DNA from: a virus
Lineage: Duplodnaviria > Caudoviricetes
Direction: 5' to 3' (one strand)
IMG/VR virus record: IMGVR_UViG_3300035227_000232
Location: 1 to 64,000 of that record
DNA length: 64,000 nucleotides
Shown: in pieces, positions 16,604-26,909 of the stretch
Layout: each line of letters begins with the position of its first letter
How positions within the stretch are numbered: the stretch's first letter is position 1
Program-made: the position numbers and the translations under genes
The notes under the pieces: model-generated
Told to the model about the DNA's origin: nothing
The model's database searches: none
Seen by the model: the letters and a program-made list of their open reading frames with translations, nothing else

Positions 16604-17041
16604 ATGAAAACACTATTAGATATCGAACCCAAACTCATCGGCGATATAAACAGTGCGGTCCAACGCAAAAGTGAGCTAGAGGCCGATGTCGCTGACAAAA
16701 CAGAAGCTTTCGAAAAGTCCATAAAATCTGAAAGGGACGAAATAGAAAGCTTAAATAAGACACTGGTCATGCTCGAACCGAGGCTTTTCGGTAAGAACCA
16801 AAAGAATAACGGTTCAGTTAAGCCTCTCAAGAGTAAACCAGCCCCTCAGAAAGGGACTCCTCGCGGAGCAACGAAGCAGAAGGTGATCGATTTTCTGAAG
16901 AAAAACCCTAAGGGTGCTTCTCAGACAGAAATCGCCGATAAGACAGGGATTGCTGCTTCCTATGTCAACTACCTACTCAGGGATAAAAAGACGTTCCTGA
17001 AGCAACGTCAGGGCCGTAAAAGCCTAACCTCACTGAAGTAG
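16604..17041 (+). CDS. Coiled-coil + C-terminal HTH DNA-binding protein
   Basis: Heptad region aa 15-55, basic Pro linker, then KVIDFLKKNPKGASQTEIADKTGIAASYVNYLL. Confidence 0.7.
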   Translation: MKTLLDIEPKLIGDINSAVQRKSELEADVADKTEAFEKSIKSERDEIESLNKTLVMLEPRLFGKNQKNNGSVKPLKSKPAPQKGTPRGATKQKVIDFLKKNPKGASQTEIADKTGIAASYVNYLLRDKKTFLKQRQGRKSLTSLK

Positions 17042-17058
17042 AAAACCCAACTAGATTG

Positions 17059-17088
17059 AGGCCCCCTTTCGAGGGGGTCTTTTTTTTT
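17059..17088 (+). terminator. Rho-independent terminator
   Basis: gccccct-TTCG-agggggt stem-loop followed by a long T run. Confidence 0.9.
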
Positions 17089-17105
17089 GGGTTAAAAAAG
17101 CTTTT

Positions 17106-17432
17106 TTATAAGTCTTTCATAAATTTCAACTGGCCGAGTAATGATGGAGTACTCGAGACAGTTATCCCGTCTGACCTTATAGTCCTCGGGAAACTCAATG
17201 TAGTGTCTATCCTTACCCCCTCTTCTCTCGTCTCTGGAGAGGTGAAATCATCCACGAAATCAAATAAGCCTCTCTTTTTAAGCGTTTTCCAGTAAAAATC
17301 AATTGACTCTGGCTCCGACTCAATTAAGATGTCGTAAAGTAAGTCGTGCTTTGCTACGAGAGTCAGAAACCTGAAGTATAGACCCTCAGATAGAGGTTCC
17401 AGAGTAAGATTGGATACCACGATTAGGTTCAT
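17106..17432 (-). CDS. Hypothetical protein
   Basis: ORF track; lone minus-strand gene with GTGTAA 9 nt upstream. Confidence 0.6.
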   Translation of the reverse strand: MNLIVVSNLTLEPLSEGLYFRFLTLVAKHDLLYDILIESEPESIDFYWKTLKKRGLFDFVDDFTSPETREEGVRIDTTLSFPRTIRSDGITVSSTPSLLGQLKFMKDL

Positions 17433-17460
17433 CTTAATAATTTACACGTTTTTTTTAACT

Positions 17461-18462
17461 ATGAAAATATTTTGGCCAGATCACCATTTTACTGTAGTCG
17501 ATGGTCTAGCGAAAACACTTCATTCCTTGGGGCATGAAATGATTATGCCTTCTAAAGAATACCAAATTTCTAGAAGACCGAATCATACTGATTTTGTATG
17601 GAATGAGGGGTGGGATCAAGAGCAAGTAGAAAGTCGTATCGGTCTAGACAACGTAACCGTAGCTTCCAAAGAAAGGGTGCTCGACGAAAAACCCGATCTC
17701 CTTTTTGTGTCATGCTTCGAAAATCAATTTGAAGTAGTAGAAAATTTATACATGCCCCTCAAAGATTCTGGAACCAAATTAGCATTTTTCAGTGCTAACG
17801 ATTATTGGGACACTGCTTATCCTTGGCCAGCAATTAAAAATTACGTGGCAGCAGATCGATTAGCCGTAGCTCTATGTAACGCACACAGCACCCCGAATTG
17901 GATAGACTATAGACCTTGGATTGATTACGACAAATTCAGTTACGAAGGCACTAATGACTCGAACAGGATAGGTTCATACATAAACGAATACCAATCGAAT
18001 TTTCCACAAGCATATTCAATATACGACTACATATCTAAGGAAGAAGGGCTCAAAGAATTCGACTTTTTCCAGTGCGATAACAAAAGCAGGAGCGAGGTAG
18101 TTGAAGAAATGAATAGCAGTTTTTGCTCTTTACACCTTAAAAATCTAGAAGGATACGGGTATTCTATAATAGAGAGCATGGCGTTGGGGAGGCCCGTTTT
18201 TTTGTACAGGGCTTTCGCTGGTAATAAAAGCTACAGGGATTGGGCGATAGAAGGAGAAACCTGTTTTTTCTTCGGAAGCCCGACTGACCCTAACTTTACC
18301 GACGAAGGATACAATGAATTGTTGTTTAAGCTAAAAAACTTTTATGAAGATGAATCTTTTAGACATGATACGCAGGAGAAATGTGCTAAGTCTATTAGAC
18401 AACTCATAAATAATGAGGAGCAAACAGAAAATTTCAGGCTATTCTTAGAGAACTTACAATGA
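17461..18462 (+). CDS. GT-B glycosyltransferase (GT4-like)
   Basis: EGYGYSIIESMALGRPV motif; start trimmed to ATG 17461. Confidence 0.75.
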   Translation: MKIFWPDHHFTVVDGLAKTLHSLGHEMIMPSKEYQISRRPNHTDFVWNEGWDQEQVESRIGLDNVTVASKERVLDEKPDLLFVSCFENQFEVVENLYMPLKDSGTKLAFFSANDYWDTAYPWPAIKNYVAADRLAVALCNAHSTPNWIDYRPWIDYDKFSYEGTNDSNRIGSYINEYQSNFPQAYSIYDYISKEEGLKEFDFFQCDNKSRSEVVEEMNSSFCSLHLKNLEGYGYSIIESMALGRPVFLYRAFAGNKSYRDWAIEGETCFFFGSPTDPNFTDEGYNELLFKLKNFYEDESFRHDTQEKCAKSIRQLINNEEQTENFRLFLENLQ

Positions 18463-19178
18463 ACAACCCATTCGATTTTTTTGACAAGATTCTCTGCGTC
18501 AACCTAGCAGATAGGACGGATAGATGGGAGGAATGTCTTCCTGAGTTCGACAAGGTAGGGATAAGAAACAAGGTCGAGAAATTCGAGGCATATAGATACG
18601 AAAATAAATCTACTCATTTCTTTATAGGAAGAGCAGGAGTTACAACTTCATTCAAGGAAGCAGTAAGGTACGCGAGAGACGAAGGGTGTGAGAATGTCTT
18701 AGTCCTAGAAGATGATGTGTCCTTCGTTAAGGATACACTGAGCGTCTTAGAGAAGTCTCTCGAAGAACTGAAAGAGAGAGATTGGGACATGTTTTTCTTG
18801 GGTATAAACCCAGAGGGAGATACCCCGTTCGAGTCAGAGTCAGATCATCTCTTAAGGCTTCGCGCTGGGCTTTGCTTACATGCAGCATCTTATAATAAGA
18901 AGTTCTTTGAGACAGTGTTAACTAGTCTACCCGAGCCACCGCAGATGTTTGAGTGGTTGAGAGCCCTTCATAACGGGACAGGTTTCGGAGCAGTGGATGG
19001 TTGGGTCATGACAAGTGTGATGCCTAATTTTAATGTGTATTGCACTAACCCAATGATTGCCACACAAAGACCTAGCTGGTCCAGTATAGATAATAAAATG
19101 GTCGAGTTCGGGGAAGATTTACTCGAAAGATTCTCAATCAAAGAAAAGGAGTTAAGAAATGAAAGAATACAAGATTAG
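18459..19178 (+). CDS. Glycosyltransferase family 25
   Basis: CVNLADRTDRW, VLVLEDDV and HAASY motifs. Confidence 0.8.
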   Translation: MNNPFDFFDKILCVNLADRTDRWEECLPEFDKVGIRNKVEKFEAYRYENKSTHFFIGRAGVTTSFKEAVRYARDEGCENVLVLEDDVSFVKDTLSVLEKSLEELKERDWDMFFLGINPEGDTPFESESDHLLRLRAGLCLHAASYNKKFFETVLTSLPEPPQMFEWLRALHNGTGFGAVDGWVMTSVMPNFNVYCTNPMIATQRPSWSSIDNKMVEFGEDLLERFSIKEKELRNERIQD

Positions 19179-19521
19179 TCTCAATGAAGAGGAAGTCATC
19201 TTGGATAATAACGGGGCAAGCGTTTCTGAGGTGCATATTGTGCTTCAAGTCTGGCAAGACCTAAGGAAGTCCAAGATTATACATCCTGAAGATAGAGTAA
19301 TAGAAGCAATACTCGAACAGGTTCTCAGGCATGAATATAATGGTGACATACCTAAAGGATATGATGCAGAACAAGGAGTCATGAACTTTGCGCCGAATGA
19401 AGACGGAGCCTTGTCTCAAGTAGAAAAAATAGAGAGCCCGCGCTTTGAAATGCCCCAAGACTACAATGTAGATCAAGGAGGAGGACCTATGTTCGATGAT
19501 CAGGGCAACATTGTAAAATGA
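19159..19521 (+). CDS. Hypothetical acidic protein
   Basis: ORF track; overlaps both neighbours. Confidence 0.6.
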   Translation: MKEYKISLNEEEVILDNNGASVSEVHIVLQVWQDLRKSKIIHPEDRVIEAILEQVLRHEYNGDIPKGYDAEQGVMNFAPNEDGALSQVEKIESPRFEMPQDYNVDQGGGPMFDDQGNIVK

Positions 19522-20396
19522 TAACGAATACAAGCATAGGTCATTACGGAAGGCTGGGGAATCAAATGTTCCAATATTGCCTCTTATTCGCTGTATCCAA
19601 AAAATTAGGACGCGAAATTGTTCTTCCTATCGAAAATGAACGCCGAGTTAAAGGGAGATTCAATCCAGTCATAAGCAAAGAAGACGTATATGGTCTGGAC
19701 TTGTTTAAGGGTTTCGATATAGATGCCCATACTGCAACCCATAATGAACTTTTAGATAGGATAGAATATAAATACAATGAAACGTATAGTGGTTATTGTC
19801 CCGATGTTTTTACAACGCCCGACAATACTGATTTTAAAGGATACTTTCAGTACTGGAAATATTTCGAAGGCATGTTTGATGAGATCAGGGAAGAATTCAC
19901 TTTCTTAAATTCAATTGAATCGATAGCTCTCGAAAGGATGAATGATCTTTCGGGAGGACAGAAAACGATAGGCATCCATGTCAGAAGAGGGGATGGCCTT
20001 CAAGACAATGATCGTTTCCAAATCCTATATCCCTTAGACTACTACAGTAAAGGTATTGAGATAATAAAGTCACCCTTGGAAGAAGAAGTTAAAATCGTCG
20101 TTTTCTCTGATGATACTGATTGGTGTCAGGAAAATATAAAATTCGATAATATGGTTGTCGCTGACAAATGGAAAGCGGAGAAGGGTGCTAACCTAGAGAA
20201 CGAACACATAATTGATTTATGCATGATGACCATGTGTGACCATTTGGTGATGGCAAACAGTACATATAGCTGGTGGGGTGCTTTCCTAATGAGGAATAAA
20301 TCAGGCAGAGTCGTCGTACCAAATGAATGGTGGGGGTGGGGGCTTAAACAGAATAGCGAGGAATTTTTAAGGTTACCGCATTGGATTTCGATATGA
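19518..20396 (+). CDS. Alpha-1,2-fucosyltransferase family (GT11)
   Basis: GRLGNQMFQY, IHVRRGD, VFSDD and ANSTYSWWGA motifs. Confidence 0.9.
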   Translation: MITNTSIGHYGRLGNQMFQYCLLFAVSKKLGREIVLPIENERRVKGRFNPVISKEDVYGLDLFKGFDIDAHTATHNELLDRIEYKYNETYSGYCPDVFTTPDNTDFKGYFQYWKYFEGMFDEIREEFTFLNSIESIALERMNDLSGGQKTIGIHVRRGDGLQDNDRFQILYPLDYYSKGIEIIKSPLEEEVKIVVFSDDTDWCQENIKFDNMVVADKWKAEKGANLENEHIIDLCMMTMCDHLVMANSTYSWWGAFLMRNKSGRVVVPNEWWGWGLKQNSEEFLRLPHWISI

Positions 20397-21241
20397 TTGA
20401 CGATCTCACTTTTGTAATGCCCAGCAGAAACGACAATTACAGTTGTCGAGATAGAGGTAGCCAAGACGAACAGATCAAGAAGGTCATGCTTTCTATCCGT
20501 TCGGCAGAAAGGAATTTTCCGGGTAGTAAATTTATCCTAGTAGAGTTTTGCCCCCTCCCCGGAAAACCTAGGTACAAAGACATCCTCCCTAAAATAAATG
20601 GGCTCAAAATTTTAACCCTTGGCAAAGACTTGGATAAAGTTCTACTAGAGGACTCCCAAATCCCATCCATGAATTTCTACGAACACCTATCGAAACATAT
20701 GGGGATAGGCATATCAGAGACGGAACATTTTATAGTCATAAATCAGGAAACCATATTGCCTTCTTTAGGAAGGGATGATCTCTTGAGGGCTCTCTACGAA
20801 GGGACAATTACTCTCTCTTACAAATGTAAAGTTTCTTATGACCTCATAGACAACAGCGTCGATGATATAATAGACATGTTTGAAAAAGAGGAAACTCCGA
20901 CCATAACAGAAAAGGGTGCTTGGGGTAATGGTGATTTTTTAGGGATGAGCAAAAAGACTTATAATGAGATAGGAGGTTTGCTTATGGCCCACCAAAACTG
21001 GGGAGTAGATAATGAGATATTACTTAGGGCTGGAATAAGCAACATGGACCCTTTAGCTGCAAGAGGGCCTTATAATTTTAGTAGAAATTATTCTTTCTAT
21101 TGCTTAGATCATGTCACTGACGGACAAGACAGACCATCCGTCGGTAACTGTTCTAACCCTTGGGCTAGAGGGGCGAAGCCTATATCTCTAGAGATAGTAG
21201 GAAGACTCGATGAATTTATAGAGGAAATAACAGAGCTATGA
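20381..21241 (+). CDS. Probable GT-A fold protein
   Basis: LTFVMPSRND N-terminus, GDFLGM and WGVDNE motifs; cluster context. Confidence 0.5.
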   Translation: MDFDMIDDLTFVMPSRNDNYSCRDRGSQDEQIKKVMLSIRSAERNFPGSKFILVEFCPLPGKPRYKDILPKINGLKILTLGKDLDKVLLEDSQIPSMNFYEHLSKHMGIGISETEHFIVINQETILPSLGRDDLLRALYEGTITLSYKCKVSYDLIDNSVDDIIDMFEKEETPTITEKGAWGNGDFLGMSKKTYNEIGGLLMAHQNWGVDNEILLRAGISNMDPLAARGPYNFSRNYSFYCLDHVTDGQDRPSVGNCSNPWARGAKPISLEIVGRLDEFIEEITEL

Positions 21242-21564
21242 AAATCGTTTTCGATTTAGACGGCACTCTTTGTGATACAAGGAAGAAAGAAGATGGGGGG
21301 TGGAATTACTCCGGTTCCAAGCCTTACCTCAATAGAATTGAAGTTGTTAACAATCTTTATGATGAAGGCAATCATATCATTATAGATACGGCTAGAGGCT
21401 CTTGGTCTAAAAAAGATTGGTCGGAAGTAACAGCGGAGCAACTTAAATCTTGGGGGGTAAAGTACCATGAATTAAGAGTTGGTGAAAAGTTAGCAGCAGA
21501 CCTCTTTGTAGATGATAGGGCAGTCAATTCAGAACAATATTTCAAAGACATAAGAGAACTGTGA
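21238..21564 (+). CDS. HAD phosphatase (capsule biosynthesis type)
   Basis: VFDLDGTL, DTARG and FVDDRAVN motifs. Confidence 0.8.
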   Translation: MKIVFDLDGTLCDTRKKEDGGWNYSGSKPYLNRIEVVNNLYDEGNHIIIDTARGSWSKKDWSEVTAEQLKSWGVKYHELRVGEKLAADLFVDDRAVNSEQYFKDIREL

Positions 21565-22238
21565 TGGATTTCTCAGGAATAGATTCTCTTATCAATGAGA
21601 ATATCAGCAAGGTAAGGATAGACATTGGCCTGTCTTTTAATGCTCCTATCTCTAGAAGATGGCTAGAATATTTCGATGATAGAATCGTTATAGGCATAGA
21701 GCCAGACCCCGAAAACGTACAGAAAATAAAAGATGGAACGGTTAACCCTTTTGACGGTAAGGCAATTCCCCCAATGAGTTTCGATAGGTTTTTTTTGATA
21801 GAAGCTGCCTGTGATCCAGACGATGTGGGCCAAAAGGAATTCCATAAAGTAAAAGGAATGGATACTGGTTGTTCCAGTTTATATAAGCCTACTAGCTCAG
21901 ATTGGTCTTTCGACTTGATAAAAGTGAAAACCGTAAACCTTAGCGACCTCATAGAATTTCTGCTCGATAGATTTCCATTCATTGAACAAATAAAAACAGA
22001 CACACAGGGGCATGACCTCATTATCCTGAAATCCATAGAACGGCATCTTTCACGTATAGCTTTTTACGATTTAGAGAATGGCACAAGTGGACAATACCAG
22101 AAAGAAAGGGATGAAGATAAGGCTTTGGGCTTTATTACTCAGAAAGGCTTTAGCCTCATAGAAAATAGCCACGGTAATCATAGATTCGCCAATAAAAGAT
22201 TTTCAAATATCAATAACGAAAGCGGGGTTCTAGACTAA
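21561..22238 (+). CDS. FkbM-family methyltransferase
   Basis: IDIG, GIEPDPEN and IKTDTQGHD motifs. Confidence 0.75.
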   Translation: MMDFSGIDSLINENISKVRIDIGLSFNAPISRRWLEYFDDRIVIGIEPDPENVQKIKDGTVNPFDGKAIPPMSFDRFFLIEAACDPDDVGQKEFHKVKGMDTGCSSLYKPTSSDWSFDLIKVKTVNLSDLIEFLLDRFPFIEQIKTDTQGHDLIILKSIERHLSRIAFYDLENGTSGQYQKERDEDKALGFITQKGFSLIENSHGNHRFANKRFSNINNESGVLD

Positions 22239-22240
22239 AA

Positions 22241-23572
22241 TTGGCATCTATTTCCAACATTATAAAAAAGCAACCCCAACTCATAAGAAGGGCTTGCTAC
22301 TCTATCGTTCCGTTCAGATACAGGTATGGCTCTAAGTTCAGGGAGACTTGTGATTTTTTAGAAAACGCTGACTCTTGGAGCTATGATAAAGCTAAAGATT
22401 ACCAGCTAAACAAACTTCGGAAACTCCTTATCTACTGTTCTAAAAAGATACCTTACTATTATACCCTTTTCAAAGAACACGGATTCGACCCAAACATACA
22501 ATGTTTCGAAGCCCTAAGGAACCTTCCTACTCTGAACAAGGAAACGATAAATAAAAACAAGTCTCTCCTCCTTACTCCCAGAAATAAGGATAAGCTATGC
22601 AAATTCGGAACATCTGGCTCCACTGGGGAAAGGTTAGAATTCTTTGGGGACGATGATTTATACAAGATCGAAGCAGCTTTTGTGTGGAAAGCCTATCACG
22701 ATCAGGGAGCTACCTTATACGATAAGCCTTCAGTGTGGATAAGAAGATATTCCCCTAAAAAAGGAGACCCGATTTCATTTGAAGATCACGAATTAAAACG
22801 ACACTACATGTCGGCTTTTCACCTTAATGAAGAAACGGTTTTAGACTACGTCAATTTTATCAATGAGTCTAAAGTCGAGCTTCTCGTTTCTTACCCATCC
22901 ACGATCCATTACCTAGCGACACTATGTAAAAAATCTAATTTAGTTCTTAACCATGTAAAGTATATTCACGGGGCTTCTGAAGTCTGTCTGCCTTCTTGGA
23001 GGGAAGTAATCAAAACAGAGCTAGGAGCAGAAATCAAAATGCATTACGGACAAATAGAGAAAGTCTCTTTCGCTCATCAGGACAGTGAGGACAATGACTA
23101 TAGGGAAAATCTACTATATGGATACAATGAATTTTTAGAGGATGGAGACATCATTGCCACCGGATTCCACAATAAGGTAATGCCATTCATACGATATGAA
23201 ACGAAGGACAGGGCTCTGTTAAAAGAATCGCCGAAACTAGACGGTGCTTTCCCTAAGACGATAGAAGATATCCTTGGTAGAGATGGAGATATGCTCCTGA
23301 CAATTAAGCGATCTAAAGTACCAGCCGTAAATTTTTACTCCTTCATGGGAAAATTTAGAGAAGTCGATGCTTTCCAAATCACCCAGAAAGAAGAGACTCT
23401 TGAGCTAGATTTCTATATCATACCTAGCGAAAGGTTCAATTTATTAACAGAAGACAAGCTCCTCCAAGAGATGTATAATAGACTCGGCGAAATACCTATT
23501 AAGATTCACCAAGTAAATGAACTCAATAGAGATAAGAAGTCTAAGAAATTAAAAACTATAGCCTTAATATGA
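22241..23572 (+). CDS. CapK / phenylacetate-CoA ligase-like adenylating enzyme
   Basis: TSGSTG, YGQIEK and PFIRYETKD...GRDGD motifs. Confidence 0.8.
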   Translation: MASISNIIKKQPQLIRRACYSIVPFRYRYGSKFRETCDFLENADSWSYDKAKDYQLNKLRKLLIYCSKKIPYYYTLFKEHGFDPNIQCFEALRNLPTLNKETINKNKSLLLTPRNKDKLCKFGTSGSTGERLEFFGDDDLYKIEAAFVWKAYHDQGATLYDKPSVWIRRYSPKKGDPISFEDHELKRHYMSAFHLNEETVLDYVNFINESKVELLVSYPSTIHYLATLCKKSNLVLNHVKYIHGASEVCLPSWREVIKTELGAEIKMHYGQIEKVSFAHQDSEDNDYRENLLYGYNEFLEDGDIIATGFHNKVMPFIRYETKDRALLKESPKLDGAFPKTIEDILGRDGDMLLTIKRSKVPAVNFYSFMGKFREVDAFQITQKEETLELDFYIIPSERFNLLTEDKLLQEMYNRLGEIPIKIHQVNELNRDKKSKKLKTIALI

Positions 23573-24663
23573 GTGGTTACTCCGATTTCATCGAACTTAA
23601 GAAGCAGTCAGGACTTCATTCCCCGTCCGTCTCTGAGATGTCATCTCTTGGGATAGACATAAAAGTTGACTCTTGTTTTCTTTGCAATCCATATGCTTTC
23701 GACCTTTTCATGGAATACTATAACCAAACAGACCTCTCTGATTATGTTAAGTATTACCCACCTCAGAATTCTATTTTAGCCAAGGAGTTATCTGAATCAC
23801 TTGGGCTTGACCCAGACTATGTTTTCCTAGGGAACGGGGCAATACAGATAATAGAACTTATACTCCGAGAGTATCACGGACGTCGGAAAGGAATAGTAAC
23901 ACCAACTTTCTCCACGTATTACGAATACGACGAAGAGAACATCTCGTATTTTAAGACAAGAAAAGAAGAAAATTTTAAAATAGACATCAAGGAATTAATT
24001 AAATTCTCAGAAGCGGTTGAAGTCTTAGTCCTTGTCAACCCCAACAACCCTACAGGAAGCACCCTAACTAAATCAGAAGTGATGACTATCGTAGATTCTT
24101 TGGAAGACACCATCGTTATCGTCGATGAAAGTTTCATAGACTTCTTCGACTCAGAAAACAGCGTCGAAAAAGAAGTTTACGATAGGGACAATCTTATCGT
24201 TCTAAGAAGCATGTCTAAAGATTTTGGAATCGCCGGATTGAGGCTGGGGTACTCGGTCTTAAGCCCAACACTTAAACAGGAATTATTTAAAAAATACGGT
24301 CTCCTTTGGAATATAAATGGGTTAGCTCACTTTTTCATACATGTTACCAAAGAGAAGGCGTTCAAAGACATGTACCTCAGGGGTAGAAATCTTTATCTGA
24401 AAGGTAGAGAAATTTTCTATGAAAACTTGAAGGAAATAGAGCAATTAAAAACCTATCCGAGCAAGTCTAATTTCTTCCTCATTGAGGAAAAGCAGAATAT
24501 CGAAGAAGTTTTTTCTTTACTTCTATTCGAGTACGGCATTTATACTAGGATTTTGAACGACAAAAGAGACTTGAATGGTTCCTTTTTAAGGGTAGCATGT
24601 GGGAAGGAAGGAGACAACGAGTATATATACCAAAGTCTTAAGGAAATTTTTGTTGCCAGATAA
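23569..24663 (+). CDS. Fold-type I PLP enzyme (HisC/CobD-like)
   Basis: GNGA, NPNNPTG, VDESFIDF and RSMSKDFGIAGLRLGY motifs. Confidence 0.85.
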   Translation: MSGYSDFIELKKQSGLHSPSVSEMSSLGIDIKVDSCFLCNPYAFDLFMEYYNQTDLSDYVKYYPPQNSILAKELSESLGLDPDYVFLGNGAIQIIELILREYHGRRKGIVTPTFSTYYEYDEENISYFKTRKEENFKIDIKELIKFSEAVEVLVLVNPNNPTGSTLTKSEVMTIVDSLEDTIVIVDESFIDFFDSENSVEKEVYDRDNLIVLRSMSKDFGIAGLRLGYSVLSPTLKQELFKKYGLLWNINGLAHFFIHVTKEKAFKDMYLRGRNLYLKGREIFYENLKEIEQLKTYPSKSNFFLIEEKQNIEEVFSLLLFEYGIYTRILNDKRDLNGSFLRVACGKEGDNEYIYQSLKEIFVAR

Positions 24664-24671
24664 TAGAAGAT

Positions 24672-25928
24672 ATGAAAAAATTATCATTGATCGGACTCGG
24701 AAAGCTAGGACTACCTTTAGCCACAGTCTTCGCTAGTAAAGATATCTATACTATAGGAATCGATGTGGATTCCTCCAAGATAGATGGGTTAAACGAAAAC
24801 AGGCTCCCATTCCACGAAACAGATTTAGAGGACAGTTTCTCCAGTAGCAGAGACCATCTCCATTTTACCGAAAACTTTAAAGACGCAATTAACGAAACTG
24901 ATATAAGCGTTATTCTGGTCAACACGCCTTCAGATAATGAGAAGAAATCATTCTCTAACGCATACATAAAGTCTTCTCTTACTAGCTTGTGTGCAGAGCT
25001 TAAAAATAGTTCAAAGGATTACCATCTAATCGTTATAAGCAGTACGGTAATGCCTACTACTTGTTCCAAGGTCGTAGTCCCTTTAATAGAGGAGGTCTCT
25101 GGCAGAAAGATCAATGAAGGTTTCGGGCTCTGCTATATTCCAGATTTAGTTGCCCTCGGCTCCATCATCAGAGACTTTAAAAACCCAGACTTATTGATAG
25201 TCGGAGAAAGCGATAAGAAAGCTGGGGACATGGCTTTAGAATATTATAGTCTTATAATTGATAATGAAGCTCCTGTCCAAAGGATGTCTGTCATCGATGC
25301 TGAGATTACGAAAGTGAGCCTGAATGCTTACATAACCATGAAAATCAGTTTTGCTAACTTCATCGGCAATATATGTGACCGTATAGAGGGAGCGAATTCT
25401 GGCAATATAACTTCCGCCTTGGGGAAAGACAGAAGAATCTCCCCTTACTATATAAAAGCAGGACTAGCGTTCGGTGGCACTTGTTTCCCAAGGGATACTT
25501 GGGCATTCGATGAATTTTCTACTCAATTAGGTCTAAATGCAGTCCATGTAAAAGCAGCAGAGGAAATAAATAAGATGCAGCACGATGTTTTATATGACAA
25601 AGCAGTTGGCCTTAACCGAAGTAAAATCGCTATCTTAGGATTAGGATTTAAAGCTAACACACCAGTAGTAGTAGAATCTCCAGCTATCATTTTAGCAGAA
25701 AGACTATCAAATAATGGCTATACGGTAAACTTATGTGATCCGTTAGCACTTATTGAAGCGAAGTTAACCTTAGGAAATAAGGCGAACTACTTCGACAGCA
25801 TGGAAGCGTGCCTTACATCCTCCGAGTGTTGCGTCATTGCAACTCCTTATCTCGGATTTAAGGATATAACAAAACTCGTCGGGGAAGATTTTCCGATCCT
25901 AGATTGCTGGGATATTTTAAACAAATAA
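24672..25928 (+). CDS. UDP-glucose/GDP-mannose dehydrogenase family
   Basis: GLGKLGLP, VNTP, STVMP, FGGTCFPRD and LGLGFKANT motifs. Confidence 0.9.
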   Translation: MKKLSLIGLGKLGLPLATVFASKDIYTIGIDVDSSKIDGLNENRLPFHETDLEDSFSSSRDHLHFTENFKDAINETDISVILVNTPSDNEKKSFSNAYIKSSLTSLCAELKNSSKDYHLIVISSTVMPTTCSKVVVPLIEEVSGRKINEGFGLCYIPDLVALGSIIRDFKNPDLLIVGESDKKAGDMALEYYSLIIDNEAPVQRMSVIDAEITKVSLNAYITMKISFANFIGNICDRIEGANSGNITSALGKDRRISPYYIKAGLAFGGTCFPRDTWAFDEFSTQLGLNAVHVKAAEEINKMQHDVLYDKAVGLNRSKIAILGLGFKANTPVVVESPAIILAERLSNNGYTVNLCDPLALIEAKLTLGNKANYFDSMEACLTSSECCVIATPYLGFKDITKLVGEDFPILDCWDILNK

Positions 25929-25940
25929 CTAACACATAAA

Positions 25941-26909
25941 ATGAGTAAAAAAATATTAGTGACCGGAGGCGGAGGATTTATCGGAGGATATTTAGTTAAA
26001 GACTTCGTAGAGAAAGGGTATCAAGTCACCATAGCTGACATTAAACCATTCGATCAATGGTATCAGCTTTTCGAGGAATGCGACAACCATTCCCTTGACA
26101 TGGAGGTAAAGGAAAATTGCTACAAGATGATAGATGGACAAGACGAAGTCTATAACTTGGCTTGTAATATGGGTGGCATGGGGTTCATCGAAAATAATAA
26201 AGCCATGTGTATGCAAGCGGTACTCGTCAATACTCATATGCTTATGGCATGTAAGGAAGTACATAACCCCAAGAAATATTTCTATTCTTCGAGTGCATGT
26301 GTATACAACGCTTCGAAACAAACCAGCGTCGATCTTGTGGCCCTAAAAGAAGCAGATGCTTACCCAGCAGATGCAGAGGACGGATACGGATGGGAGAAAC
26401 TATTTAGCGAAAGGATGTGTCGCCACTTTAGCGAGGACTTCGGAATCAACGCCTACATAGCTCGATTTCACAATGTGTATGGGCCACTCGGCACGTATGA
26501 TGGAGGAAGAGAGAAAGCCCCTGCTGCTATCTGTCGCAAAGTAATTCAAGCCAAACTAGACGGTACGAGTGATATCGAAATCTGGGGAGACGGGGAACAA
26601 ACGAGGAGCTTCATGTATATTGATGACTGCGCTACTGGCATCAATAAGTTAATGGAGAGTGGTTGGCATGAACCTATCAACCTCGGCAGGGACGATCTAA
26701 TTTCGATTAACCATCTCGTGACCCTTGCGGAAGGCTTTGCGGGGATAAAGTTAAATAGAAATTATAAACTCGATGCCCCCTTGGGAGTGCGTGGTAGGAA
26801 TAGTGATAATACCCTCATTCAAAATGTTCTCGGGTGGCAACCCAGTATTATAATGGAAGAAGGTCTCAAGAAGACATACGATTGGATATATGGGGAAATG
26901 ACAAAATGA
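25941..26909 (+). CDS. GDP-mannose 3,5-epimerase-like extended SDR
   Basis: TGGGGFIG, NLACNMGGMGFI, SSACVY, YGWEK and GGREKAPAAICRK motifs. Confidence 0.85.
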   Translation: MSKKILVTGGGGFIGGYLVKDFVEKGYQVTIADIKPFDQWYQLFEECDNHSLDMEVKENCYKMIDGQDEVYNLACNMGGMGFIENNKAMCMQAVLVNTHMLMACKEVHNPKKYFYSSSACVYNASKQTSVDLVALKEADAYPADAEDGYGWEKLFSERMCRHFSEDFGINAYIARFHNVYGPLGTYDGGREKAPAAICRKVIQAKLDGTSDIEIWGDGEQTRSFMYIDDCATGINKLMESGWHEPINLGRDDLISINHLVTLAEGFAGIKLNRNYKLDAPLGVRGRNSDNTLIQNVLGWQPSIIMEEGLKKTYDWIYGEMTK

